Origin: Chloroflexota bacterium
Lineage (GTDB): Bacteria > Chloroflexota > Limnocylindria > Limnocylindrales > CSP1-4
NCBI GenBank assembly: GCA_017881915.1
Contig: JADGQK010000004.1
Location: forward strand, 1,024-65,023
Reading direction: 5' to 3'
DNA: 64,000 nt
Part shown: one piece after another, positions 1 through 9,615 of the stretch
How the letters are laid out: each line of letters opens with the position of its first letter
How positions within the stretch are numbered: the stretch's first letter is position 1
Program-made: the position numbers and the translations under genes
Notes under the pieces: generated by a model
Seen by the model: the letters and a program-made list of their open reading frames with translations, nothing else
What the model was told of the DNA's origin: nothing
Database searches by the model: none

Positions 1-1
1 G

Positions 2-1156
2 GTGGCCGAGCAGATCGCCTCACTGGTGCCGTATGGCGTGCGCGTGACGGCCCTGGGCGGAACCAAGGGGGCCACGTTCAACCTTGGCCCGGATCCGCAA
101 CGAGGTGAGTACACGGCCGACGTCACCGCCGGCGACCTGCCCGCCTGGCCGGCCGTCCTGAGCGACTGCGCCAATGTCGCCAAGATGGATCTGCCCAACT
201 TTGCCGCCAAGGCCGTGCCGGTCACGTTCGGACCACTCGCGCCGGCGCTCAACCCCCTCATCGTCCCAACCGATGCCGCGGCAACCACGACCGTGACCGA
301 CGCGAGCGGGCTGGCAGCCTGGCCATTCCTGGCCTCGCGCGACCCCGGGGACCCGACCGGCGAGCAGCAGAACCAGTTTGACTACATGCCGGTCGCCGTC
401 CATCGGCCCGAGCTTGATCGTCTGCGAGCGGCCCTCTCCAATGCACTGTTCGGATTTGTGCCGGGTCTCCTGCGCCCGTTCGTCGATGCCCTTTTCGCCC
501 CGTATCTCGACGGCCTCCAGGCTCGGCTCAACGACCTGCTGGACGCGCGCGGCCGCGGCGCGGCCGTGCTTGTGTTCCACGACAAAGTTCCGCCGACACC
601 TTCGCCTTCGACCAGTCCCTCGCCATCGAGCGCCTGCGGAGTGAGCATTCCGGCGGGCACGTACACCGGGACGTTCAGCCTCGACAGCACGACCACCGTG
701 CCGCCGTTCGCGCCAGGCGGCTCCGGGGTGACGACCGACCATGGCAGCGGCCCGCTCACCCTCAGCGTGGCCGCCGATGGCAGCCTGACCGGCACCTTCT
801 CGGAGACGACGACCAGCGACAGCGTCCAGACGGCGCCGGGCGACACGTCGGAAGAGGTCTCGACGACCGTCGTGACCGGTTCGACGGTGTCCGGCGCGAT
901 CTGCCAGATGGTCCTTGCCTTTGGCACGGCAACCGTCACCGCCTGCCACGCGACCGGCCGCTTTGGCACCTGCGACGTGGGCGGCTCGATCTCGCTGGCA
1001 GGCCATGCCCTGCCCATGGGCGCCCCGGTGAGGGGAGCCGGCGGGGCGCTGACCTGGACCCGCCACGACGACAACACGGTCCAGAACACCGCCCCGGGCC
1101 TGGTCGATTCGGTCACGGTCGTCGGCACGACGACCGTGACGATCAGCGCGCCCTAG
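2..1156 (+). CDS. hypothetical exported protein; N-terminus may lie outside the window
   Basis: 384-aa ORF open to the window edge with G/C-rich third positions. A PTPSPSTSPSPSS linker is followed by a Thr/Gly/Ser-rich C-terminal region. No family recognised. Confidence 0.5.
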   Translation: MAEQIASLVPYGVRVTALGGTKGATFNLGPDPQRGEYTADVTAGDLPAWPAVLSDCANVAKMDLPNFAAKAVPVTFGPLAPALNPLIVPTDAAATTTVTDASGLAAWPFLASRDPGDPTGEQQNQFDYMPVAVHRPELDRLRAALSNALFGFVPGLLRPFVDALFAPYLDGLQARLNDLLDARGRGAAVLVFHDKVPPTPSPSTSPSPSSACGVSIPAGTYTGTFSLDSTTTVPPFAPGGSGVTTDHGSGPLTLSVAADGSLTGTFSETTTSDSVQTAPGDTSEEVSTTVVTGSTVSGAICQMVLAFGTATVTACHATGRFGTCDVGGSISLAGHALPMGAPVRGAGGALTWTRHDDNTVQNTAPGLVDSVTVVGTTTVTISAP

Positions 1157-1201
1157 CCCGTCGACTTTCAGCCACCCAGCAACGAGTCAGGAGAGCACCC
1201 G

Positions 1202-1909
1202 ATGACCAAGCCATTGATCCCATCGTCGATGTGTGCTGCCGCTGTGCTGATGACCAGCCTGCTGATCGCCGCCTGCTCCGGCACTGCCGCCGGCACACAA
1301 CCGGCAAACGCCGGTGGACCGGCGGCCAGCACAGGAGCTAGCGGGGGCGCGCCGCGTTGCGCCAACCCGGCCGCCAGTGCCATCAACCAGGTCGGCGGAG
1401 CGTATGCCTCCGAGCTGGCGAATGCCGTGTGCGGGATGTCCGATATTGACCCGTGCTCGATGCTCAAGCAGGCAGACGTGCAGGCCCTCTTCGCCTTCCC
1501 ATTAGGCCGCTCCAGCACCGATCACCTGGGCAACTGCTCCTGGCCCCTGGCCGATCCGAACAACGGCGACGGGATGAACGTGTCGGTGAGCAACGACAAT
1601 GACCAGCATGCGCTGGCCAACGACATCAGTCTGCCGTCGCCCGGAGCATCCGGCCAGTTTGCCGTGCGGCCGCTCAGTGGGGTGGGGGACTCGGCGCGGT
1701 GGGAGCTCCTCGGCGGCTACTTCCCGCATGTCGGAGCGATCAAGGGTCAAGCCACCTGCGAGTTGACCGTGGACGGCGGCGACGCCCAGCTCAGTGTCAA
1801 GACCACGGGCAAGGATGTCTTCGCCACGATCGACCCGGTCGCGCTGCCCGGGTTCATCCAGAAGTTCGGGGCGCTATGCAACGAGATCTTCGCCGGCCTC
1901 GGGGCATAG
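1202..1909 (+). CDS. putative lipoprotein
   Basis: Hydrophobic signal peptide ending in the lipobox LLIAAC-SG. AGGAG about 9 nt upstream of ATG 1202. Several conserved-looking Cys residues. Confidence 0.65.
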   Translation: MTKPLIPSSMCAAAVLMTSLLIAACSGTAAGTQPANAGGPAASTGASGGAPRCANPAASAINQVGGAYASELANAVCGMSDIDPCSMLKQADVQALFAFPLGRSSTDHLGNCSWPLADPNNGDGMNVSVSNDNDQHALANDISLPSPGASGQFAVRPLSGVGDSARWELLGGYFPHVGAIKGQATCELTVDGGDAQLSVKTTGKDVFATIDPVALPGFIQKFGALCNEIFAGLGA

Positions 1910-2187
1910 CCCCAGAGCGCCCCGCCTCGTTGACTCGGTCGAAGTCGTCTCCACGACGACGGTCAGGGTGGGCCAGACATCGCGCTTGACCTGCGCGTGC
2001 TGGCGGACGCTCAGATGGCAGGCCGCCTGGTCGAGTCAAGGATCTCGACGACAGCGGCAACGGCCGTATCCAGGGATGCCGGCAACGTCGCGGTCCCGGC
2101 TTCGTTGGGTCCAATCTGCCTGTCGGCGGCGCAGGGCCGCCGAGAAGGCGCCGCTTGGCTCACGCAACTTCGTCCCAGATCGGTCAG

Positions 2188-3183
2188 TCAGCGTTCCGGC
2201 AGCGGGTCGGGCATCCCGGACAGGCCCACGACCATCTCCCACAGGCGGCGGCGATCGGTGGCCGACAGGCGGGTCGTCGGGATTCGGTCGAACGGCCTCG
2301 GTCGGCGATCGACGAACAGGGCACCGCTGCGCACCCTGGCGTCCGCCGCGGCGGCCAGCCAGACGATCGTGTCCGCACCTTCGGCCGGGGTCCGCAGCAG
2401 GGGCCGAATCAGCCCGTAGAGGCCCGGCAACGACTCGGCCAGCCCGGGCGTGGCGACCCAGCCAGGGTGCATCGCGTTGATCACAATGCCGCGCGGCCCC
2501 AGTCGCCGCGCCCATTCGCGGACAAGGGCCACCTGGGCCCGCTTTGCCCGGGCGTAGGCGCGTGAACCGGAGAACGGTTCCGACCTCCACTCGAGGTCGT
2601 CCAGGTGGAGACGCTGGGAGTACATGCCGCCCGATGTCACCGAGATGACGCGCGAGCCCGGCGTGCGCTGGAGGAGCTGGAGCAGGTCCGACACGAGGAC
2701 GAACGGGCCCACGACCAGCGTCGTGAACGTGGCTTCGATGCCATCAGGCCCTTCGATCCGCTCCTGGAAGATCGCCCCCGCATTGTCGATCAGCACGTCC
2801 AGCCGGGACTCCGTCTCGAGGACCCGGGTCACGGCCGCCCGAACCGACGCGAGCGAGCCCATGTCGGCCACGACGATCGGGAAGCGATCGACGCCGTGGG
2901 CGGCGACGAGCGCATTGCGCACGCCCGCCAGCCGGTCCTGGCTCGGGCCGACGAGGATCACCCGGGCGCCGAGCGCGGCCAGGGCATCGGTCGCTGCGCG
3001 GCCCAGGCCGGACGTTGGACCCGTGATCAGGACCGTCCGGCCATCGAGCGACCCACCCGTGAACGGCGGCCACGCGAATACCCGCCGGCGAAGCCCGATC
3101 CCGATCCGGGAGAAGCTGCCCACGATCGTCTGTTCGAGGAGCTCGTCCGCCACCGACCTGCGATCCATCACGTCGAGTATCAC
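2188..3183 (-). CDS. short-chain dehydrogenase/reductase (SDR) family oxidoreductase
   Basis: Rossmann motif VLITGPTSGLGRA, NAG motif (IDNAGA) and YxxxK-type region (YARAK). GTG start at 3183. Confidence 0.85.
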   Translation of the reverse strand: MILDVMDRRSVADELLEQTIVGSFSRIGIGLRRRVFAWPPFTGGSLDGRTVLITGPTSGLGRAATDALAALGARVILVGPSQDRLAGVRNALVAAHGVDRFPIVVADMGSLASVRAAVTRVLETESRLDVLIDNAGAIFQERIEGPDGIEATFTTLVVGPFVLVSDLLQLLQRTPGSRVISVTSGGMYSQRLHLDDLEWRSEPFSGSRAYARAKRAQVALVREWARRLGPRGIVINAMHPGWVATPGLAESLPGLYGLIRPLLRTPAEGADTIVWLAAAADARVRSGALFVDRRPRPFDRIPTTRLSATDRRRLWEMVVGLSGMPDPLPER

Positions 3184-3203
3184 CTGGATCGGAGCAACTC
3201 GTG

Positions 3204-3438
3204 ATGAAGCTCAGCGAACAAATCGAAACGCCCCTGACGCCTGCGGCTGCAGTCGCGTTTGTTGCAGACTTCGCGAACGCGCAATCACTGGGACCCGGGT
3301 GTTGCGACCTCGCCTCGGATCGATGACGGTCCGGTTGGGGTTGGGGAGTACCACCTGGCCCTGAGTGAGGCGGGCTTTGCCACGGGGATCCGCCAGGATC
3401 TGCAGATCGTGTTCCAGAAGGGGCGGGGGATCGGATGA
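3204..3438 (+). pseudogene. SRPBCC/polyketide-cyclase-like gene remnant, frameshifted and 3'-truncated
   Basis: GGAG then ATG 3204 gives MKLSEQIETPLTPAAAVAFVADFANAQ, ending at TGA 3324. The +1 frame from about 3283 continues NHWDPGVATSPRIDDGPVGVGEYHLAL... to TGA 3436-3438, which overlaps the MFS ATG. Together this resembles the N-terminal ~90 aa of a ~150-aa SRPBCC protein. Confidence 0.45.
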
Positions 3439-5180
3439 CGGGCCAGCCGAACGGCGCAGCGATGCACGCCACGGGCCGGGGCCGCTGGATCGGCCTCGCG
3501 ATGCTGAGCGTGGGCGTCGCCATGATCATCGTCGACGCGACGATCGTGAACGTCGCCGTCCCGTCGATCATCCGCGAGCTGAAGCTCGACTCGACCCAGG
3601 CCGAGTGGATCAACACGACCTATGCGCTCGTCTTCGCGGCGCTGCTGATCACGCTCGGCCGCCTCGGTGATGTCTTCGGGCGACGCCGGCTGTACCTCGT
3701 CGGCCTCGGACTGTTCATCGTCGCCTCGGTTCTCGCCGGGTTCGCCCCGACGGGCGATCTGCTGATCGTCGCCCGCGTCCTGCAGGGCGTTGGCGGCGCG
3801 ATGATCCTGCCGTCGACGCAGGCGATCCTCAATGCGAACTTCCAGGGTCGTGACCGGGCGATCGCGTTCGGGATCTGGGGCTCGGTCATCGGCGGCGTCG
3901 CCGCCGTCGGACCGCTCCTCGGCGGCTTCCTGACGACCTACTTCTCCTGGCGCTGGGCATTCTTCATCAACCTGCCGGTTGGCCTGCTGGCAATCGCCGG
4001 CACGCTGCACTACATCGGCGAGTCCAAAGACGAGCACGCCAAACGCGGCTTCGACCTCCCGGGCTTCGTCCTGATCACGTCCGGCCTGGGCGCCTTCATC
4101 TTCGGCCTGATCGAGGGCCGCCAGTACGGCTGGTGGACGCCGAGTGCCCGTCATGCGTTCACCGTCCCCGGCTGGACCTGGCCGTTTGCGAGCGTGTCGG
4201 TCATCCCGGTCGCCCTGGCAGCCGGCCTCGCTGCCCTGCTGGGCTTTGCGCTTGTCGAGACGCGCCGGCGGAGCGCGGGAAGGTTCTACCTCTTCGACTT
4301 CACGCTGTGGCGCTACCGCGGCTTCCGCTACGGGAACCTCGCCGGAACGATCGTGTCCCTCGGCGAGTTCGGCCTGTTGTTCGCCCTGCCGCTCTTCCTC
4401 CAGGCGGTCCTCGGCTACTCCGCCTTCCAGACCGGCCTCGTATTCCTCGCGCTCGCCATCGGCGCGTTCTTCGCAGCGCCCGGGGCCGCGACATTCGCCC
4501 GGCGCTACGGTCCGCGCTGGGTTGTTTCACTGGGCATGGCCCTCGAGGCGGTCGGGATCATCGCCACGACGCTCCTGATCTCGACGTCTGTCAACGGGTT
4601 GATGCTGGCGATCCCCCTGTTCGTGTACGGGATTGGCGTTGGCTTCGCGACGGCCCAGCTCACCAGCATCGTCCTCTCGGACGTGCCCGTCGAGCGGTCG
4701 GGCATTGCATCCGGCGCGAACTCAACCCTTCGCCAGGTGGGCTCGGCGCTCGGGATTGCCATCCTTGGCACGGTCCTGTTCTCGACGCTTGTCTCGGCCA
4801 GCTCGGACAACATGGCGGCCGCGCTTCCAGGCGTGTCGCCGGTCTGCATCCAGCTCGTAACCGGCCTGGTCGATGATTCTGCGGGACAGGTCCTGCCGGC
4901 GCTGCGCAATCCGGCGCAGGCCGCGGCCGCGGGATTCGGCGGCGGTGCCGGGGCGCTCCCGCCCGAGGAGGCCGCCTGCTTCCGCGATCCTGCCTTCCTC
5001 CAGGCGCTGCCGCAGACCGTCAAGCCGATCGAGGACGCGTTCGTGACGGCGACCCGCTTCGCGGGGTTCGTCGCCGCGGGCTTCGTCCTCCTCGGGTTCG
5101 TGTTCTCGCTGCTCTTGCCCGCAAGGGGGCCGCATCCCGTCGGGATGCCCTCCGGAGCCGAGGTGGAGCCCGAGGACTGA
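3435..5180 (+). CDS. MFS transporter, DHA2 (EmrB/QacA-like, 14-TMS) drug:H+ antiporter family
   Basis: 581 aa with many hydrophobic spans. N-terminal MFS signature LGRLGDVFGRRRLY. Size and topology are typical of DHA2. Confidence 0.85.
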   Translation: MTGQPNGAAMHATGRGRWIGLAMLSVGVAMIIVDATIVNVAVPSIIRELKLDSTQAEWINTTYALVFAALLITLGRLGDVFGRRRLYLVGLGLFIVASVLAGFAPTGDLLIVARVLQGVGGAMILPSTQAILNANFQGRDRAIAFGIWGSVIGGVAAVGPLLGGFLTTYFSWRWAFFINLPVGLLAIAGTLHYIGESKDEHAKRGFDLPGFVLITSGLGAFIFGLIEGRQYGWWTPSARHAFTVPGWTWPFASVSVIPVALAAGLAALLGFALVETRRRSAGRFYLFDFTLWRYRGFRYGNLAGTIVSLGEFGLLFALPLFLQAVLGYSAFQTGLVFLALAIGAFFAAPGAATFARRYGPRWVVSLGMALEAVGIIATTLLISTSVNGLMLAIPLFVYGIGVGFATAQLTSIVLSDVPVERSGIASGANSTLRQVGSALGIAILGTVLFSTLVSASSDNMAAALPGVSPVCIQLVTGLVDDSAGQVLPALRNPAQAAAAGFGGGAGALPPEEAACFRDPAFLQALPQTVKPIEDAFVTATRFAGFVAAGFVLLGFVFSLLLPARGPHPVGMPSGAEVEPED

Positions 5181-5193
5181 GCGGGCAGCCTCC

Positions 5194-5376
5194 TCAGCGC
5201 AATCGGCGGTGCAACAACCGGTCGAGGATGCTCCGGTCGGGCGCAGCCGGCGTCGGTTCGAGCAGGGTGTCCGCCGGGGTGTCGGGGTAGTACTCGGCCC
5301 GCTCCAGGTCGTGCAGCTCGGCCTCATCGAGGGCCGGCCGCTCGTCGCTCACCTCGTGTTGGTTGGCGGCCGCCAC
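5194..5376 (-). CDS. small acidic hypothetical protein (60 aa)
   Basis: GTG-initiated ORF with G/C-rich third positions. No recognisable family and only a weak RBS. Confidence 0.35.
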   Translation of the reverse strand: MAAANQHEVSDERPALDEAELHDLERAEYYPDTPADTLLEPTPAAPDRSILDRLLHRRLR

Positions 5377-5499
5377 CTCGGTAGTCCCAAGGGCCTTGCG
5401 GGCCGCCTCGGCCGAGATCCAGGATTTGGGAATGTCATGGGTTCAACCTGCGCCCGGCCTTACCGGCCTATCAAGCGTTTCCGCGCCAGTTCGAGCTCT

Positions 5500-5603
5500 G
5501 GGGTATTGACAACATCGCTTGTCAATACCCCATGGGGGTATCCAGACCCCTTGACAAGGTGGTATAGTGACGACCTGAGTGGCGTGTCAAGACTTGACAC
5601 GCC
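5500..5603. promoter_or_regulatory. cluster of TTGACA-core palindromes upstream of dnaG
   Basis: Three palindromes: GGGGTATTGACAA-N6-TTGTCAATACCCC (5500-5531, 13-bp arms); CCTTG-A-CAAGG (5549-5559); GGCGTGTCAAG-A-CTTGACACGCC (5581-5603, 11-bp arms). Five TTGAC cores lie within about 100 bp. Confidence 0.45.
5560..5568 (+). promoter_or_regulatory. candidate extended -10 promoter element (TGgTATAGT) for dnaG-rpoD
   Basis: TG at 5560-5561 plus TATAGT at 5563-5568. This is the same -10 hexamer as the mraZ promoter in this window. No good -35 at 16-18 nt spacing. Confidence 0.35.
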
Positions 5604-5659
5604 CGTACCCATGCCCGGCGCAGGGCTGGGCGCCAGGTGGCAGACCTCGAGGAGGGTCC

Positions 5660-7600
5660 GTGGCTGTCGGCATTGCCGCGGAAGTGAAGAACCGGCTGTC
5701 GGTCGTCGATGTGATCGGCGAGACCGTCCCACTCAAGAAATCGGGTGCGTCGTTCAAGGGCCTGTGCCCGTTCCACGGCGAGAAGACCGCGTCCTTTTAC
5801 GTGACTCCCAACCGGGAGAGCTGGAAGTGCTTCGGCTGCGGCCTCGGCGGCGACGTCTTCAGCTTCGTGATGCAGCGCGACTCGGTGACCTTCCCCGAAG
5901 CGCTCAAGACGCTCGCGACCAAGGCCGGCGTCGAGCTTGACGAGCGTTCCAGCCGCGAGGATGCCCGCAAGGCCGGCCTGCGTGATGTGCTCGAGAGTGC
6001 GATCGCCTGGTACCACAGCGTCCTGACCGCCCACGTCTCGGGCGCGCCGGCGCTCGAGTACCTGCGCGGCCGGGGCTTTACCGATGAGACGATCGAGACC
6101 TTCCAGCTGGGCTGGGCGCCGGCCGGCTGGGACGCGATGTCGCGCCAGCTGATCGCCAAGCGGGGCGTCGATCCGAATGCGCTGGCCGAGGTCGGCCTGA
6201 CCCAGGCCCGGACTTCGGGTCGAGGGGCCTACGATCGCTTCCGCGAGCGGATCATCTTCCCGATTCGCGACGCGAACGGCCATGCAGTGGGCCTGGGTGG
6301 GCGCTACCTGATCGCCGAGGGCGATACCCGCGACCACGGCCCCAAGTACCTCAACTCGCCGGCCACGCCGCTCTTCGACAAGAGCCGAACGCTCTATCTC
6401 GTCGATCGCGCGAAGTCCGCGATCCGCAAGTCGGGCCAGGCCGTGATTGTCGAGGGCTACACCGACGCCCTGATGGCCCACCAGGCCGGCTTCACCAATG
6501 TCGTGGCCAGCCTCGGCACCGCGCTCACCCCGGGCCAGGTCGCCGTCCTCACCCGTTACGCCAAGAAGGTCGCCCTCGCTTATGACGTCGACCCGGCCGG
6601 CCAGTCCGCGGGAAGCTTCGGGGTGACCGAGCTGAACAACCTGATCAGCGAGGTCCAGCAGGACGGGGGCGTGGGCCTGACCGACGTCGGCGTGGTCCGC
6701 CTGCCGGACGGCAAGGATCCCGATGAAGTGATCCGCGAGTCACCCGACCTGTGGCGCGAAGCGGTGCGCACGCCGGATCCGATCCTGGCCTACCTGATCG
6801 ACTACCACGCGGGCCGGCTCGACACCCGCCTGGCCGACGGCAAGAAACGTCTCGTCGACGCCGTGATGCCGACCCTGCGCAAGGTTGGCGACCCGGTCGT
6901 CCGTGACAGCTATCTCCAGATGCTGGCCCGTCGATCGGGCGTGGCGGAGCGGACGCTCCTCGAGTCGCTCCATCGCCGGCCCGAGCCGAGCCGGCCGGGC
7001 GCGCTGGGCGGGGGAGGGGCAACGGACGATCACTCGGGCGCCCGGATCACCCTCGACGCGGTCCGGGCGGCGGCCGAGAGTGTCAGCCCGGAGGAGGTCG
7101 TCAAGTCGATCACCCCGGTCGAGGTCGAGCTGCTGCGCCTGCTCCTCCTCGTGCCCGAGCAGCAGGCCCGCGTCGTCGAGCTGCTCAAGCCGCCCGACCT
7201 GCCGAGCACGGTTGCCCGCGAGCTGTATTCGGCGATCGTGGCGGAGTTCGAGACCGGCCACTTCGAGCGCGGCCGGATGCTCGACGCCCTCGATCCCGAG
7301 ACGCGCGCCCTGGCGATCGCGCTGTACGCACACCGCGGCCCGGATCCGAGCCGTCTCTCCCAGGCACGGCTCACCTACGCCGTCGACAAATGCCTGCTGA
7401 CCCTCGAGGCGGATCGTCTCGAGGAGCAGGGCACCTGGAACCAGGCCGAGCAGGCCGATGCCGAGCGACGCGGTGACGCCGACGAGATCCGGCGCCTGCT
7501 CGACGAGGAACGACAGATCAACGAGGCGCGTCGGTCGCTCGATCGCAGGATCGAACAGACGCACCTGCTCACCCGGCCGGCCACCGCCGGTCGCGCATAG
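5660..7600 (+). CDS. dnaG: DNA primase
   Basis: CHC2 zinc finger CPFHGEKTASFYV...WKCFGCGLGGD and TOPRIM region (IVEGYTDAL). The ORF-track start 5579 is an upstream GTG. GTG 5660, preceded by GGAGGG, matches the conserved primase N-terminus. Confidence 0.93.
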   Translation: MAVGIAAEVKNRLSVVDVIGETVPLKKSGASFKGLCPFHGEKTASFYVTPNRESWKCFGCGLGGDVFSFVMQRDSVTFPEALKTLATKAGVELDERSSREDARKAGLRDVLESAIAWYHSVLTAHVSGAPALEYLRGRGFTDETIETFQLGWAPAGWDAMSRQLIAKRGVDPNALAEVGLTQARTSGRGAYDRFRERIIFPIRDANGHAVGLGGRYLIAEGDTRDHGPKYLNSPATPLFDKSRTLYLVDRAKSAIRKSGQAVIVEGYTDALMAHQAGFTNVVASLGTALTPGQVAVLTRYAKKVALAYDVDPAGQSAGSFGVTELNNLISEVQQDGGVGLTDVGVVRLPDGKDPDEVIRESPDLWREAVRTPDPILAYLIDYHAGRLDTRLADGKKRLVDAVMPTLRKVGDPVVRDSYLQMLARRSGVAERTLLESLHRRPEPSRPGALGGGGATDDHSGARITLDAVRAAAESVSPEEVVKSITPVEVELLRLLLLVPEQQARVVELLKPPDLPSTVARELYSAIVAEFETGHFERGRMLDALDPETRALAIALYAHRGPDPSRLSQARLTYAVDKCLLTLEADRLEEQGTWNQAEQADAERRGDADEIRRLLDEERQINEARRSLDRRIEQTHLLTRPATAGRA

Positions 7601-7612
7601 CTGGAGGCACAC

Positions 7613-9358
7613 GTGGCACAGGATCCCATGGACAAGCAACTCGTCGAGGCGGTCCTCGCCGGACGTCCGCGACGGACGAAGGTCGAGCAGGAGGAGGCGA
7701 AGCTCGCCTCGAAGCGGCCGGCCCGGGCAGGCGTCGCCGTGCTCTCGCCGGTCGGTCCGGACCTCGACGACGACGATGACGACGATGACATCGATCTCGA
7801 GCTCGTAGCCGTCGTCGATCCAGCCCTGGCGGTCGAGATCGGGATCGAGGTGGTCGGCGACAACGGCGAGATCGTTGCCGAGAAGCTGCCCGCCGACGCG
7901 CCGCCCAAGCTCGATCCGAAGGAGCTCGAGGAGCCCACCCCGGAGGAGCTCGAGGCCCTCTCGGCGGACATGATCGGGATCGACGACCCGGTGCGGATGT
8001 ACCTCAAGGAGATCGGCAAGGTGGCCCTGCTGACCGCCGAGGAAGAGGTCGTCCTGGCCAAGGCGATCGAGCTGGGCGAGTGGCTCGTCGAGGCGCCCTG
8101 GAAGGGTGTCGTGTCGCTCCACGAGTGGACCACCCACGACACCGAGCGCAAGACCCGGACGGCCAAGCCACAGCACCGGCTGCCGCTCGGCGAAGAGGCC
8201 CACATGCTCGTCCGCAAGGCGACCTCGGCCGAATCTGCCGGCGACCTGCTGCTGACCTCCCCGGACTTCCACCTGGTCAAGGCAGCCAAGGACGTCCAGT
8301 CGGATGGCACGAAGGCGCTCCTGCGCGAAGCCAAGGGCCTGCTTCATGCGTACAACGAGACGCTCGACGCCGAGTCGTTCGTCAAGCTGCTCGACTGGGC
8401 CTACTTCGCCGTCCACAACGGCGATCTCGACTCGCGCGACAACATCGGCCTGCGCGCCATCTATGACTGGTCCCGTGACGCCGTCGCGTTCCCTGCGCTC
8501 GAGCGCTGGATCACCGAGGGCAACGACGCCGAGCTGCTGAAGCGGATGGGCTTCGATCCGGAGGTGCCCCTCAACACCAAGCTGCGCGACCGGAAGGGCG
8601 AGCTGGTCAAGATCGGGCGTGACGCCCGCGAGCAGTTGACGAGCGCCAACCTGCGGCTCGTCGTGTCGATCGCCAAGAAGTATATCGGCCGGGGGATGAG
8701 CTTCCTGGACCTGATCCAGGAGGGCAATATCGGCCTGATCCGGGCGGTCGAGAAGTTCGACTACGAGAAGGGCTACAAGTTCTCCACCTATGCCACCTGG
8801 TGGATCCGCCAGGCCATCACCCGGGCGATCGCCGACCAGGCCCGCACGATCCGCATCCCGGTCCATATGGTCGAGACGATCAACCGGCTGATCCGGGTCT
8901 CGCGCAACCTGCTCCAGGAGCTCGGCCGCGAGCCGACCGTAGAGGAGATCGCGGAGGCGATGTCGAAGGGCCAAGAGGTAGTCGTCACCCCGGACAAGGT
9001 CCGCGAGATCATCAAGGTCAGCCAGGAGCCGGTCTCGCTGGAGACGCCGATCGGTGAGGAAGAAGACTCCCACCTGGGCGACTTCATCGAGGATCGCGGT
9101 GCCCTGGCGCCGGCCGAGGCAGCCTCCCACCAGCTCCTCAAGGAACAGGTCGAAGCGGTCCTCGACTCCCTCACGGGCCGCGAGCGGCGTGTCCTCCAGC
9201 TGCGCTTCGGTCTCGAGGACGGCCGCGCCCGGACCCTCGAGGAAGTGGGCAAGGAGTTCAACGTGACCCGCGAGCGGATCCGCCAGATCGAGGCCAAAGC
9301 CTTGCGCAAGCTGCGCCACCCCTCCCGCAGCCGCAAGCTGAAGGACTACCTGGAATAG
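7613..9358 (+). CDS. rpoD: primary RNA polymerase sigma factor (sigma-70)
   Basis: Regions 2-4 are present ([27 protein letters not shown]; [18 protein letters not shown]). GGAGG lies 5 nt upstream of GTG 7613. Long acidic N-terminal region with a poly-Asp run. Confidence 0.95.
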   Translation: MAQDPMDKQLVEAVLAGRPRRTKVEQEEAKLASKRPARAGVAVLSPVGPDLDDDDDDDDIDLELVAVVDPALAVEIGIEVVGDNGEIVAEKLPADAPPKLDPKELEEPTPEELEALSADMIGIDDPVRMYLKEIGKVALLTAEEEVVLAKAIELGEWLVEAPWKGVVSLHEWTTHDTERKTRTAKPQHRLPLGEEAHMLVRKATSAESAGDLLLTSPDFHLVKAAKDVQSDGTKALLREAKGLLHAYNETLDAESFVKLLDWAYFAVHNGDLDSRDNIGLRAIYDWSRDAVAFPALERWITEGNDAELLKRMGFDPEVPLNTKLRDRKGELVKIGRDAREQLTSANLRLVVSIAKKYIGRGMSFLDLIQEGNIGLIRAVEKFDYEKGYKFSTYATWWIRQAITRAIADQARTIRIPVHMVETINRLIRVSRNLLQELGREPTVEEIAEAMSKGQEVVVTPDKVREIIKVSQEPVSLETPIGEEEDSHLGDFIEDRGALAPAEAASHQLLKEQVEAVLDSLTGRERRVLQLRFGLEDGRARTLEEVGKEFNVTRERIRQIEAKALRKLRHPSRSRKLKDYLE

Positions 9359-9514
9359 TCCCGGGCCCGGTGGGGCATGGGGCCGCTGGGGCGCGATTCC
9401 TGGGCCCGGCCTGCATGACATGAATACCTTCGACCGCGCGGGCTCCCGGGCCGTCTCTTTCCGGCGCTCGGTGCGGGATATCGACCTAATCGAGAGCTGA
9501 TTGGTCAGTCTTCT

Positions 9515-9577
9515 GCACCCCATGCCGGAGATCGACGACCTGGACCCGGTTGGTCGTCGAACCCATTCATGGGGTGC
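9515..9577. terminator. nested inverted repeat; candidate bidirectional terminator or structured element
   Basis: GCACCCCATG (9515-9524) pairs with CATGGGGTGC (9568-9577). TCGACGACC (9532-9540) pairs with GGTCGTCGA (9552-9560). The internal loops are symmetric 7/7 nt. It sits between the convergent rpoD and HTH genes and has no U-tract. Confidence 0.4.
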
Positions 9578-9615
9578 CGGCGCGATCGGTCGGCCGGCGT
9601 CATCTCTCGAGTGGC

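Noticed and set aside
7735-7800. Poly-Asp run ([10 protein letters not shown]) in the RpoD N-terminal region
   Set aside because: Acidic low-complexity N-terminal regions are common in primary sigma factors of GC-rich bacteria. It is in frame and unremarkable.
6740-9523. 927-aa ORF antisense to dnaG and rpoD
   Set aside because: Its composition is Arg/Gly/Asp/Leu-rich with no motifs. It lies exactly opposite two unmistakable housekeeping genes. Long stop-free antisense frames are expected in GC-rich DNA.
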